Shown here: piece after piece, positions 1-12,237 of the stretch
Numbering within the stretch: position 1 is the first letter of the stretch
Layout of the letters: each line of letters opens with the position of its first letter
DNA from: Jimgerdemannia flammicorona
Lineage: Eukaryota
Assembly (NCBI GenBank): GCA_003990765.1
Contig: RBNJ01000301.1
Span: forward strand, 1-33,713
DNA: 33,713 bases
Direction: 5' to 3'
Notes under the pieces: model-generated
Told to the model about the DNA's origin: nothing
The model's input: only the letters and a program-made list of their open reading frames with translations
The model's database searches: none
Program-made: the position numbers and the translations under genes

Positions 1-64
1 TTTTGAGGAATCGTGAAACTGATTGGATGTTGATATCTAATTCTCCTCCTCCGATTTTCATCTC

Positions 65-1048
65 ATGACCCCACCCGCAGCTCCCACCAACCTCGCCACC
101 AAACCGATGGAATCCGCCAACATCACGGACCTCCATCTCCGCCTCCAGCACCGAATCGCCGAGCTCCGCGCGAAGCGACACGCGTCCTCGGGCGATGCTG
201 CAAGCAAGGCTCCTTCGCGAGACGCCATCCTCGAAATGCGGCTAAAGCACAAGGAGAAGCGGAAGCAGATGAAGGAGAAGCGGAAGCAGAAGGAGAAGCA
301 CGCGCGCGTCCAGTCCGAGGAGATCGTCAAGGGCGCCGCAGGGGCCGCCCAGCAGCACAAAGCCAACGGCGTGACGGGGCCGTCGCCGGCGTCGATTAAG
401 GAGGATGGTGAAGTACGGTTTAGTAAGGTGGAGATGGGTGAGGCGGTGCAAAAGAAGAAAGGGCCGACGGACGCCAAAGGGCAGCTAAAGAAGGCGGAGG
501 CAAAGATGGAAAAGATGGAGAAACTGAAGGCGGAGAATAAGGAAAAGGTGCGTTCCGTTTTCACGCGTTATTTTTGTTTTCTGTCGTGTTTCACCTTTGC
601 TCTTCCTCCCAACTAAACCGAACACGTCCGCAGGCCGAGACTCTCGCGGAGAAGGAGACATGGAAGAAGGCCTTGGCAATGGCCTCAGGCGAGAAGGTGC
701 GGGACGACGTCAAACTGCTCAAGAAGACGGTGAAGCGCGAGGAGAAGATCAAGAAGCGGAGCGAGAAGGCATGGACGGAGCGCAAGGACACCGTGCAGAA
801 GCAGCAGGCCCATAAGCAGAAGAAGCGCCAAGATAACATCCAAGCGAGGATCGAACAGAAAAAGGATAAGGGGGGCAAGGGGAAGAAGGTTTGTTCTTTA
901 TTTGTATTTGGCATCGGCGGGTAATTGGCATCTGCCAATTCTTTATTTCGGCCCACGATACTGATGGCGCCTACATGATTCCTCGAAACTGCAGCCTAAG
1001 GCAAGACCCGGTTTCGAGGGTGGCAAACCAAAAAAATCAAAGAAATAA
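65..1048 (+). CDS. SURF6 / Rrp14-like nucleolar ribosome biogenesis protein (5' end may lie upstream of the window)
   Basis: Exons 65-547, 634-888 and 995-1048 join in frame via GT..AG introns. Lys/Glu-rich protein with 'GEKVRDDVKLLKKTVKREEKIKKRSEKAW' and C-terminal 'RPGFEG', typical of the SURF6 family. A CTAAT branch-like site and CAG at 78-80 suggest the ATG at 65 may be intronic. Confidence 0.88.
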
Positions 1049-1378
1049 TCCATCGATGGATTTCGGCATTAGAAGCGTGGGTGCTTGCGAGCCGGGATTG
1101 GAGGAGCTCGTATCATTGTATGGTTCATTATTATATTGCCCATCCTCTCGTTCGTTTTTGCTTCTCATCTTGTTCCTGGTGTCATGAACATTTTCAAAGC
1201 ATCAATGCACGTGCAAAGCGTTGGTTTTGCGTCCGATTTACTTGTTCCATGGAGAGTGTAGGTAGTTAGAGTAATAATAAAACATCTGTTTTCGTGTCCT
1301 TGCTACGATCGTTGTTAAATAATCGCCGTATGACCCGCTTGTTGTCTACTTGTTTTCACGTGCAAAAAGACGAGCATC

Positions 1379-2594
1379 TCACTCCTGCGATATCATCCGC
1401 TCCGCGGTAACGATCAGGTCGGGTTTGCGGTCTGTCTCGTTCGTCGGGATCCGATCAGCCTCGAGTACCTGCATCTCGAGAGCGAGCGCGACTATCAAAA
1501 GATGATTGGAGAAAACAAAGGGGAAATCAGGAGTCTGAACATAGGATCTTTTTACGCCTGCATAGAACACGCGAACTTACCTGTTTTGGGTTGCGACCTT
1601 CCTGCCGCGCGCGCCCACTCCTCGCATTTTGCCAGATAGCGATCGTAGTAGCTGTGAAGGGAGGGACGGGTAAGAAGCCGACTGGCATCAATGATGGGGG
1701 GGACGTTTGCCTGCATACTGGACCCTGGTTTACCCCTTACCCCTTGCCATGCCCCAGCCTGTTCCCCGTAGTATCGAACGCGAGGCCTGGAACAGCATAT
1801 TAAGGTGACTTGGGATCAGCGATGCGGAAGACAAATTGTCAAGAAAATCGTGGTCATTGCTCGTGCACGAAACCTACCGGGCATGATTATCAGGTCCAAC
1901 CCTTCCTTATCTAGGGCTTTATGATAAAGAAAAGATCACACGTGTTACTCGATCGTGGGTATACATTGATACCAAAGTTGAACGGTCGATCCACTCTCGC
2001 CATTCCATCGCCCCTACCATTGTCCCGCGCCTGCTCGTGCGACGGTTCCGGGATGTTCCACCGGTTGACGGGCAGCGACAGAAAGTCCTCCCAGGACTCA
2101 AGTCGCACCATCTCCATCTCGTCCTTACCCCATCGCGGGACGTAGCACGTCTTTTCTGGTATACCGGAGCGAGGTGGAATATTCGTATAATGAAGCCACT
2201 TATCAGTGGTAAACGAATAATGTGCGGCAGGATTGGATGCGGTCCGAAGCGAAGGATAGATGATATACACGAGAGACGAAGTCGAGGCAGACATACGTAC
2301 TCTTTTGGAACAGGTCCTGAATAATCGCCCTAGTGACAATCTCCCCCGACATGCTGATAAAAATGCTCACGTTTCGACTCTTCTGATACTCGTTCAGCGC
2401 GAGCAGCTTTTCCGTAACGACTTTAGCTGCAATAATGGACGAGTCGCGTCAATCCTGTGCTTGCGGCACGAACGACAAAGCATGCAAGCGGAGTAAGTAC
2501 ATTCGCGATCGACAACATCCGCAGTGAGGGTGCTGAGCTTGGCACTCATTTCCTTGCGGAGGGACTTCTTGAGAGCGCGGACGGTTTGGTTCAT
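1379..2594 (-). CDS. FAU1: 5-formyltetrahydrofolate cyclo-ligase (MTHFS/FAU1 family), multi-exon
   Basis: N-terminus 'KKSLRKEM', then 'CYVPRW', 'NRWNIPEP', 'LDLIIMPG', 'GLAFDTTGNRLGHGKG', 'FYDRYL' and C-terminal 'IPTNETDRKPDLIVT', read across exons on the minus strand. Confidence 0.93.
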
Positions 2595-2701
2595 GGTAGT
2601 ATTGGATGACTAGGGTATGTATATATGCACACTAGCAATGTAACAAACCAAATTCCTGAAGATTTTGTGGCTTGGAAATCGCGTAATGTTACTTTATTAA
2701 T

Positions 2702-4880
2702 CTATAAGGTCTCCAAGAACCTCTTCATGCCGATCAACTCCTGTACATCGTCCTCATGCGAAAGGCCGTGATTCTTGTACAATACCAGAGTCGCTCTAAT
2801 GGTGGCAAGAGCCTCCTGCAGTCTTTGACTGTTTCCAGAAATGCGAAAGGAACCAATATAAACAACCCAGTAAAACAAGCGATGGGTGTGACCAAAAGAT
2901 GCAAGAACAGTTGAAACGTACCTGTTGAACAGTAGCGTGCATAACTTGAACATCTCCCGCGCGAGCTCGGGGCTCTGTGAGCCGAATCTCGCGCGGACGA
3001 CGTCGATGGATTTGCGACAGTACGAGACCGACTCACAGAAATTCCCTGCAGAGCAAAGATGTTTCAAAGCGTTAACCTGGCGTTTAGAATATGGCCTGAC
3101 GCTAACTCATGAAATCCATACGCAAAGCAGAGTGACCAACCTTTACGGGCATAAAGCTCCGCAAGTCGATCGTACGTCGCCCCCAAGACGTGCGCGTCTG
3201 CACAATAGAGTTGCTGCTGAATATCAAGACACTTGCGCACAGAATCGATGTTTCCCGATTGTAGGAGACGGTTTGCTTGTGTTTCAGACTGGAGTAATAA
3301 CGGAAAGTTTGTCGATGAGTTTGTTCAGTTGTGGTTTGTAACGATTCCCATAACGGGTGGATCTGGTACTTACTTTAACTCGTCTGGTGAGATCCACGGG
3401 TAATCTACATGCTGGACAGGTTTCATCCGTGGCCGATAGCTTACCTTCGGGACACATGGTTGGGCACTTATAGAACCTGTCCAGCCCATTGGAAAGGCTG
3501 CTTTCAAGCGCGCATGTGATGTGAGCAAAAATTCAGGAGCAAATCCACATAACATATATGACATATACAACATGGCAAACGGTAGAGTAGAGAATTCATA
3601 AAGTACAGGCCGATATACCTTTCCCTACACGCCTCACACCCACAGTCGAAGAGATATTTCTCCCTCAATACCCGTCTCCTCTCCTCGGCATCCATCCTGC
3701 CAACCTGCGGCCCGTAACTCATACATATCGGTTCCCCCACCCGCCCAACCTCTCTCGTCATCACCACCACCAGCTCCCTCGGATCAATGTCGACCCTTCC
3801 CTCTTCCTTACGGGTACCGAATACGACCATGGCGTTCGGCCAACATGCATGGTTCAGCAGGCTCGCGCCGAGGTACACACCCGTCCCGAGCACGACCTCC
3901 CGCCGTTCCTCCATTCCACCCGCCGCGGCGTGGAGCGTGCACTTGATTCCGAAGCCGTTGCAGCGCAGCTGCGCTTGGATCTTGACAAGCGTCGGTTCAA
4001 TCGAGGACGGGAGGCAGAAGGTCGCCGTCAGGAGGATGGCCGTGGTGAGATAAGTAAGGATGGTGTTGGGGGAGTGAAAGGCGAGGTTGTGAATCAGGTT
4101 GGGGATGCCTGGTTGGTTGGCGTATAGACATGCATGGTGAGATGATTTGATTGATGGTTACTTTAATTTTTTTTGCTGCGTGTAAAATGAAACGATTACA
4201 AATGTATCAGGCTCTGCATACTAACCCTGTATCGCGTCGCCGATATCTCCCGGTGTCTCGCCCTGCATCAACTCCTCGACATCACTCGCAGTCTCTTTGG
4301 ACTGTGCGAGTCTCAAATAAGCTTTCAAACATAGCCAGCCGTCCTCGCCAACCAATTCCACCAAGCCATCAAATCCGCAGAAGAACGCGTGATTGTCACC
4401 CGCCCAAGCCGATAGCTCACATTCCCGAGAGCAATAAACCAGAGAGCATCCTCTACACTGGAATCGCGTTCCAATTACGATTTTGCGAAAGCACGTGTCG
4501 CAGAACTGTCCCTGGTACCTCTCGTGAAGTAAGCTAGCGAACGGCAGCTCGTGAAGAACGACAGAACCGGAAGGAGCAGGGCGCGTCGCTTCCAAATGCC
4601 GACCTTCCATTGATTTAGATTCTCTCACTCTTGCAAAGCTCGCGAGTTGGACATCAAGAGAATCGCTGGTAGATCGGCATGAACAAGGTGGGCCAACGTG
4701 AGCAGGGCTCAGTTTTCTTCGGAGACGTATCAGCCTGTTCTGGAAGACAGGTTTCTCCAGGACCCGATGACGAAGGAAATCTCTTTCTTCCAAAGACAGC
4801 GCATGATTGTAGCCTTTATAGTGGGTGTGGAACCATTGCTCAGCGAATTCGGGCGTGGTGAAGTGGGTGGATGTGGACAT
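2702..4880 (-). CDS. SET and MYND domain protein lysine methyltransferase (SMYD-like), multi-exon
   Basis: ATG at 4880. SET-N 'GRHLEATR...VLHELPFA', MYND finger 'CDTC...CRGC..VYCSREC...HAFFC', SET 'LNHACWPN' and 'ICMSYGP', post-SET 'YLFDCGCEAC', then a helical C-terminus ending at stop 2702. Internal exon boundaries were not all resolved. Confidence 0.9.
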
Positions 4881-5021
4881 TTTAGATTTGGAAAGAGGGT
4901 GCCACCCTTTAACCGTCACACTCAAATGATTACGTACCGCATCACCTTATCCATCCAATTTCATCCTTTGCCCCTTCCAACTTCATCCTTGCTCCCCTTC
5001 GACCTTTGCTTGCCATCCAAC

Positions 5022-6083
5022 ATGGTAGACGTCGCCTCTTCTCCGTCCTTCGATAGCATATACAACACCGAACAGAGCCTGTTCTTGACTTATGTCACCA
5101 AGACCCTCCGATCTCGCCTTGACCGACTCGCGCCGGACCAAGTTATTCGCGTCCTCGAGGTCGGTTGTGGCCCTGCGTACTTCGCACCACTGCTGAGCCG
5201 CGAGCTACAGGGGAAAGCGCGCATCGTAGGGATCGATCCGAGTACCGATGACATTAATGCCGCGTTGGAGAGAAGGAAAGATGTTCAAGATGACAATGTT
5301 GAGCTTCGGGTATCTGAGTTCCTGGAGTTTGAAGATCAAGAGAAGTTCGACGTCATACTCTTTACCAAATCCCTTCATCACATCTCACCGTTGGACAAAG
5401 TATGTGGATCCTTTCCGTTATTCACCACTCTCGTGATTTTACATCTTTCTTTTTACTCATGTCCGCCATCCTGTCACATGCAACCTAGGCCGTCGAGCAC
5501 GCCAACTACCTCCTCGCCCCCTCTGGCACGATGATCGTCGAGGAATTGGACTTCAACATCGTGACGGAGGCCACTATGAGTTGGCTCTTCGACCGCGTCG
5601 ACCTAATCTCCAGCGCTGGTCTACTCCGGCCGAGCGAGATCAAGAACGCCAGCCATCACGCTAACCATCACGCCAACCATCACGCAAACCATCACGCCAA
5701 CCATAACTTCAAGACCGGCCAATTCCTCAATCGGACCCTCCCCGTGTTGCAACGGTGGCCAGACTTCCCATCGCTCTCGGAACGGATGACGTTGATAACC
5801 GCCATCTCCAGGGTGTTTGGAGAGGCCAATGTCAGTGTCACGGGGGCGGCGTTCCTTTACCATTTTTTCTTGAAAGCTGGGTAAGTTGTTTTCCTAGGAT
5901 GGTCTTTCTGCAATATAACGTACGATTCCTGATTCTTCAAATCCAAATTTTGAGGTTAGTCTGGAAGATAGCTCCGTTGGTGCTCAAACCTTATCCATTT
6001 TTATGGAGCAAGAAGTCCGAGCGATTAACTCATCATCGATTATTCCGCTCGGTTTCCACGTTGTCGCTAAAAAACGCCAATAA
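5022..6083 (+). CDS. Class I SAM-dependent methyltransferase with His-rich insert
   Basis: Exons 5022-5399, 5489-5880 and 5960-6083 join in frame. Motif I 'VLEVGCGPA', 'IVGIDPS', 'KFDVILFTKSLHHI', 'LLAPSGTMIVEE'. Confidence 0.88.
5654..5707 (+). repeat. 12-bp coding tandem repeat (CATCACGCNAAC) x4.5, encoding (HHAN)n
   Basis: Read directly from the sequence; the four full units differ only at the synonymous third position of the Ala codon. Confidence 0.95.
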
Positions 6084-6778
6084 ACATACCCACAATGGCA
6101 GACGCAAACATATCATAATATTTAGACCCTTTCCAATGACAGACGTGCATTGTTTGAGACTCACTTGACCACTTTTATATAATTATCAAGAGACCTTCTG
6201 TTTATATCTCCGCGTACTACAAAAGAACCCCGCGCTGTCTCCCCTAAAATTGTTCGAGCTACAACCACTCACAGAAGGGGGGTGGGTAGAAAGGCCTTGT
6301 TTCCGGAACGGGGCTCATGCATAACCTCAAGATCAGTTGTTTGTTGATATCTTGTGTTTGATCCCCATTTTATTCTGCTTATTAGGTCAGCGAATTTGGT
6401 CATAGGCATCCTCTTCCTGGTATACCCCTGACCGCAAAGCAAATTGACAGCAAAAAAAAGATCGTCAAGGGTTCGTTCACCTGACAGTCGGTCGGGAAGA
6501 AACGTGTTGTTCAAAAAACTCCTCGGGACGGCACCTGAAGGTACTGTTCCGTCAGAAAGCACGGGAGACAACAGGAATCAACAAGACCGCAAAGTGCGCA
6601 CTTTGACACCATAGTTGTAGGGTGCAGCACGTCCTCTCGTCTCGTGGTTACGTCTACGCCCGTAAAAAACCAGCGTAACGTTAGCGAGCCAATCAACGGC
6701 CGTAGAGGATTCCAGTTCTTCTCTCGCTGTGCCATTTCCGGGCCAGCGGGCCTACGATCCCCCAACAAACCCCGCGTT

Positions 6779-6786
6779 TATATAAA
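6779..6786 (+). promoter_or_regulatory. Putative TATA box of the downstream orphan gene
   Basis: TATATAAA about 110 bp upstream of an ACCATGG start at 6894. Confidence 0.5.
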
Positions 6787-6832
6787 GGGCCCACGATCAT
6801 GAAACTGTTTTCACAATTTCCGGGAACCCCAA

Positions 6833-6888
6833 ACACGAACCACACGAACCACACGAACCACACGAACCACACGAACCACACGAACCAC
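6833..6888 (+). repeat. 9-bp tandem repeat (CACACGAAC) x~6 in the putative 5' UTR
   Basis: Perfect tandem units ending 5 bp before ATG 6894. Confidence 0.95.
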
Positions 6889-6893
6889 TCACC

Positions 6894-7720
6894 ATGGCCA
6901 CCTTCGAAAGACCTCCTGACGTCATGGCTCTTTGCTCACCAACCGTCGGTGGTGACCTCGCCATCGACTTGCCGCCCGAGCTGATGCACAGGCTGTCCGA
7001 CTTGTGTGTGGAGCAGATTCACGAAACGTCGCTCCGTGTTCATTGCTTCTATTTGGTAAATATTTCTGACAAATTTTTTGAGGGAAGTTGTTAGCTCATA
7101 TAACACCATCTCACCAAGTGTATACGAATCCAACCTGATATTGCTATGAAACTGCGCCAACCTCATTGTTTTTGCTGTGCCATCCTGCATCATAAACCTT
7201 ACTTCATGACGACCTTTGTGGCAAACCTCCAATAAAACAAAAACACAAAAACAAAAACGAAACAAATATATATGTCACTGACGCCCAATATCCGCAGCTC
7301 CAAATCCTCGCCAAAGAATGGCTCGCCGGCATTGACTCAACGACCTGCTCGCCCTCCTCGGTCTACGACGTCATCGCTGCCCACTGCCAAACGCTCTGGC
7401 ACCGCTTCGACGACGACGGCAGCGGCGCCAAGGTCTCGCCGACCGCTCTCCTCGCCACCTTCCGGCGCGAGATCCTTCGGCTCCGCGTCGACGTCTTTCT
7501 GAGACGGTGCTTCCGCGCCAACCGCGAAGTCATGGAGGGCACCATCACCGACGCCCAGGCGTCGCTAGTCTCGCGTGAGCTTTCCGACGTGGCCGACGAG
7601 CTACGTCAGTGCATACGGACCCTCCTACCCGAGCATGAACAAGGCGAGCTGCTGCAACCCGTCAAGATTTGTATTAAGGCCAATGTCCTGCTATTCGGAA
7701 TGGATAGCCTTTGTCTATGA
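6894..7720 (+). CDS. Hypothetical protein, 194 aa, probably alpha-helical
   Basis: Exon 6894-7055, GTAAAT..CAG intron 7056-7297 (CTGAC branch site) and exon 7298-7720 join in frame. C/G-ending codon bias as in neighbouring genes; no motif recognised. Confidence 0.72.
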
Positions 7721-8302
7721 ACGTGGGTTTCTGGGGTCGTGACTGTAGACTCCGATAATTTATCGAACTGTGCTGGTCGTAAAAACTTTTTTTTTTGTAA
7801 ATTCGTTTCATTTACCATTTGTAAAATAGTTTCTTATAATAAAGTTCAAGTGCTAAGTTCTCACAGCACATAATAAGACCTTCATTATCCTTCTTTGACA
7901 TTGCGGTTGACAATTATATATGCCGTTGTAAGCATGCAGTCGTTAAACGCACGAAATCATATAAAATGTCAACGATTGTATATTGCCAAAACATGTTTTG
8001 TGATATTATGATTGTACAATTGAAACGCAAACTTCAACCCAACGTGTAGGTTTTACAGGGCAAGATGGCATTCCCCCCGCCGCAACGCGTATGTCCTTCC
8101 CAACCGCGGTGATATTTACAAAAAAAAAAAAAAAAAAACCGAAACAAAGGAAGCATGGAAATGACAAGTACGCGTAAGGATACGATAGCCATCTTACCGC
8201 CACTGTTCTGAGCAGGGTACTTGAAATGTCCACAACCATTTGCGATATTTACTTGAGAAACAAACTCCAGTCCCCCGCCTGCAAATTCTATCCATGTCGA
8301 AT

Positions 8303-9074
8303 CTAACCCCTGCCTCTGCCCCTGCCGCGACCACCGCGACCACCACGGCCCATGCCACGCCCGCGGCCCCTGCCAACATTTGCTAGAAGATGTAATGAAT
8401 TTTCAAAGCGAAATGGATATTAGCAATCATTGTGAGATGATGCACCTGTAAGCTACGTAGAATTGGGGGCACCGTGAACAAAACTGTGTACGAACCATCC
8501 TTCTTCTTGGCCTTAGCCTTCGGCGAGTCATCCAGTAGCAGGGTATCTAGCGGTAGGCTATCGGGTAGGATGTAATACCGAATGTTATTGCCACGAATGC
8601 TTAGTGTGTCGAGGTTGACAGGGTCCTTGTTCTTGACCGTCATCTTGACGGTCTTGAGGTGCGTGTTCATGCTCATGTCGACGCCTGGAAGAACGCGTTT
8701 AGAACCAGTGAGCGCTCATTCGCGTGATCGAGTTTACAAAGCTAGTGAAAAGAAGCCCCGGAAACGTAAACAGGAGGGCGTACCAGTGATGGTGCCGTGC
8801 ACGATGGTACCATTCTTCAGCTCAATAGTGACAGTTTCATTTGTCAGCTTCATCAAAAACCTGTAAATAGGAAGATGCAAGGCGAGAACAGGAATATCGT
8901 GAGTCTATTCTGCCGTATCAAAGCTGTGATTTAAGCAACGGTCGCTATAAGGATTGGATGCTAGCGAATCGAATGTGATTCCCAACAAGGTGAATCGGGT
9001 GTTGTTGCCACCTGCGCTCCCTCCTCCCTCCTCAGAAACAGTCCTGTAAAAGAGGCGAACCTGACGAGCTTCAT
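8303..9074 (-). CDS. SMD1: Small nuclear ribonucleoprotein Sm D1
   Basis: Spliced '[41 protein letters not shown]...[23 protein letters not shown]' with a C-terminal RG-repeat tail ending at TAG 8303-8305. Confidence 0.97.
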
Positions 9075-10013
9075 GTTGAACTAGAATTGCTGGTTTCGCG
9101 CAAGGATAGATGGGTGGTGGATGGCTGTGGACGATGGCACGGATGAATGGTTGCGGCGCGGATGGATGCGTGTTTTACTTCGACGCGTTGTTGGGAGGTG
9201 TATGTGGCGATTGTTTTGGGGTTCGGATGATGACGTCACAAATATACTTACTGCACGTGACTCCAACGACGGGTTGCTGATGTACATTTTTTAGACACAC
9301 AAGAGACATTATACTTAATGAAGAGAACTTTCAACATATCTAGAATTACATTGAAAGAAAGAAATATAAGCTCATTTATAATTTATTTATAAATAGTAAT
9401 ATTTATTAAAAGATAAAGATATTCGTTTTAAATTCATATAAACAAAACAAAAAACAAAAAACAATATAAAAACAACAGATATCAGAACTAAATATAATTA
9501 TACAACTGTCTTTTCAAGAGTATTCTTCAAGTTTAATATCTCTGTAAGTATAAATAGTTTATAATTCTTACAGATATAAGAGAATGACGACCTGATATTC
9601 ATTGAAATACATCAATAATAAATATGTTATGATTATAAGAACATCCGAAATCTACCAGCGCAACCTCGACAAAAATCTGTGTTGCGAAAACTCGCGAGAA
9701 TTGCCTAGCTCTCACCCTGAAAGCAGTCTCGTGAAGCCGTGATCACCCCCAGCAGTGCATGTGTATGTCCAAAGCGGACATTAGACATTAAGACATTATT
9801 TTTTGGGTAGCGTAATAGTAGACAATAGATTCTGTGACGAGAGATTTTACTCTTTCAATTCATTCTGCATCCAGACCCATCAAATCATACCCATCAACGT
9901 ACTAGCCAAAGCCAAACAGACCAAATACGACTCCATATTTCTACATACTATCAACACCCACATTAGTGACCTTCATAAATCGCGACCCTATACCATATAG
10001 ATAATCCAAACAC

Positions 10014-11842
10014 TCAGCCCCGCTTAACATGTGCCTTAAGCAAATCCACAAAAATACGACGGAAATCCGGAACGTTGGTAAAACCTGCAATTAGTATTCC
10101 GGGAGTAAGGTATGTAGAAACCACCACGATCAGTTGAAGAGATAACGAGGTACGATGGGGTGTGGGGGATGGTGGATTGCTGACTCGCAACACGATAGAG
10201 AGAAAGAAAAATCGCAACGTACTTGAGAAGTAGTTCACGTCCACAACATAGTGGCGCCGCGTCCTAGACTCGATGATTACATCGAAACCCAAAAACGTTA
10301 AGCCCTGGAGGGTGAGCGCATATCTTTAGCTTTCATCTCGTAAACCACAATGGTCTATCAGGGAAACAACCATCACACACGACGACACTTTACAAAGCAT
10401 AGCTAACGTAACCGCAACCCACCAAACACTTTTGAATCCTCTTCGCGATCTTCTCCACACGACCGCGGTCCAGCTCGGATTCCTTCCGTGCGAGGAAAGC
10501 ATCGTCGACGGTCGTGAGGAAGGCCGAGAGCCACTGATCTGTCTCAGGAGCGGCAGTCGTGGATGTGCTGCCCGCGCGGTCCGTAAAGGTCTTGGGTATT
10601 TTTTGGCTGTCGAAGTATATGGGCTTGGCTGTTGCGGGACGGGATATAAATGTGAGGCATGGTAGGAACAGATGATAGCACTTCAATCAGTCCTTACATG
10701 CCTCCCTCACCTCCCTCCACGTTTCTTAACGAGGGTCTCGTCATGATAGAGACGTGATCTCCCAACACGTAGACCTTGAATATGATGCCGTCGTGGTCGA
10801 CAAATTGCTGCAATATCACGGGGTCGTCGATCTCCACGCGATCAGGGGAACCGGGTGAGAAGTGGCTGAGAGAGGAGACCAGGACCATCTGATGCGACAG
10901 TTCAGACGAGCAGGCTGCGAGACGTTTGCAGATCACCTAGGAGGATCGTGGTCAGTGGTGTGAGTTCGAAAAAACTTGAGAGGTCGACACGGAGAAAAGA
11001 AGTCCTTTCTTGGATTGAAAGAGTGAACGTACAGGGAAAGGAGGCACGTTCATATCATCCGTCAATGGCACCAACGACGACGGCAGAGATAAATTTGCAG
11101 GGACATAAAAAAGTGGCTCTAGACGCGGCAGCCAAAGCAAATGAAATGGAAAAAAAAAAAAAAACCTTCAGTACTGAGATTTCCAACGCCTTTATAGAAT
11201 TTCGTGTGGTTGGATCAGCCAATCTATCTCACCTCCGGCCTCCTCCGCTTGCGGATCGTCTGCTTCCTTGCCCGAGCGGCAATCTTCTAACACACCCAAC
11301 GTTTCCGCACGGTTTAGGAGTCTATCAATGTTACGCAAAGGGTCTAGAATTGTGACCTCCGGATGGGCATTTGTGAAACTCTGCGAAAGAGAAGATGTAT
11401 AATGAAAGAGTAATTGTCGGTTTTCGGGTGTCCCTTGTATCAATCGCAGGCGAAGTGAGGTCAAATCAAACCACTTTTCTTTGTTCTTTCCTTCAAACCT
11501 CTTCCTACCAAAGAAATTCACCCACCAGAAAATTGTCGAGCTGGGCCTTCGCTGCCACGTTTCCGCGCTTCGCCAACTCCATAAGATCCGTGACCTTATG
11601 GACAATAATATCGAACGGGCCCTGTTCCGCCACGGGAAGCGTAAGGTCGATGGGCACCAGATCGACGCCGCGCTCTCTGGTGGGTGAAGTTTCGTAAGCA
11701 CTTTCTACACGAAGGACCGCACAGCAACTACAGGAGAGATATTTCACGAAGTATATTACTTTGCATATTCCGGAAGACCAATGAAACCGGAGGATTTGAG
11801 CTTCTTCTGCAGAAAAACGAAACCGACTTTCGAATGTGTCAT
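10014..11842 (-). CDS. ITPK1: Inositol 1,3,4-trisphosphate 5/6-kinase / inositol-tetrakisphosphate 1-kinase (ATP-grasp), multi-exon
   Basis: ATG 11842 'MTHSKVGFVFLQKK', then 'IDLTLPVAEQGPFDIIVHKVTD', 'HPEVTILDP', 'MICKRLAAC..SHQM', 'LQQFVDHDGIIFKVYVLGD..RPSL', 'GFDVII...YVVDVNYF'. Confidence 0.92.
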
Positions 11843-12237
11843 TGTCGGTGGGGAGTGGTGGCATTTGCGAGAGCCAAGAGTCCAATTTATATTGGGGGTG
11901 GTAAGCCACCGTGACTGTCTACGCCAATGAAAAGGGGGAAACTGGAATACGCGGATGTGAATGACCTCATTTTCACCTTACCCGCCATTCTATACATCTC
12001 AGACTTGCATTTTTCATTTGAATAGGCATTTTTAATTCGTTTTGCCACTTGGATGATTCAAAGAAACAAAAATGTCTCGATTATATATTATACAAATCTC
12101 GGAAATTAGTGACAATAAGAAACGAAATGGTACGGGAGGCAACAGACAAGGGAGATCGCAACCTCTATCATATTATATACAACGGCGCCCACCACCACCA
12201 CATGCACTCTTCTATCTAGACCACCTCACACAACTCT

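Noticed and set aside
6200..6770. Minus-strand ORFs 6269-6571 and 6511-6768
   Set aside because: Non-ATG starts, no recognisable motif or codon bias; most likely intergenic/promoter DNA.
9231..9260. TGACGTCA and CACGTG upstream of SMD1
   Set aside because: These are plausible generic bZIP/bHLH sites but too short and common to support a specific claim.
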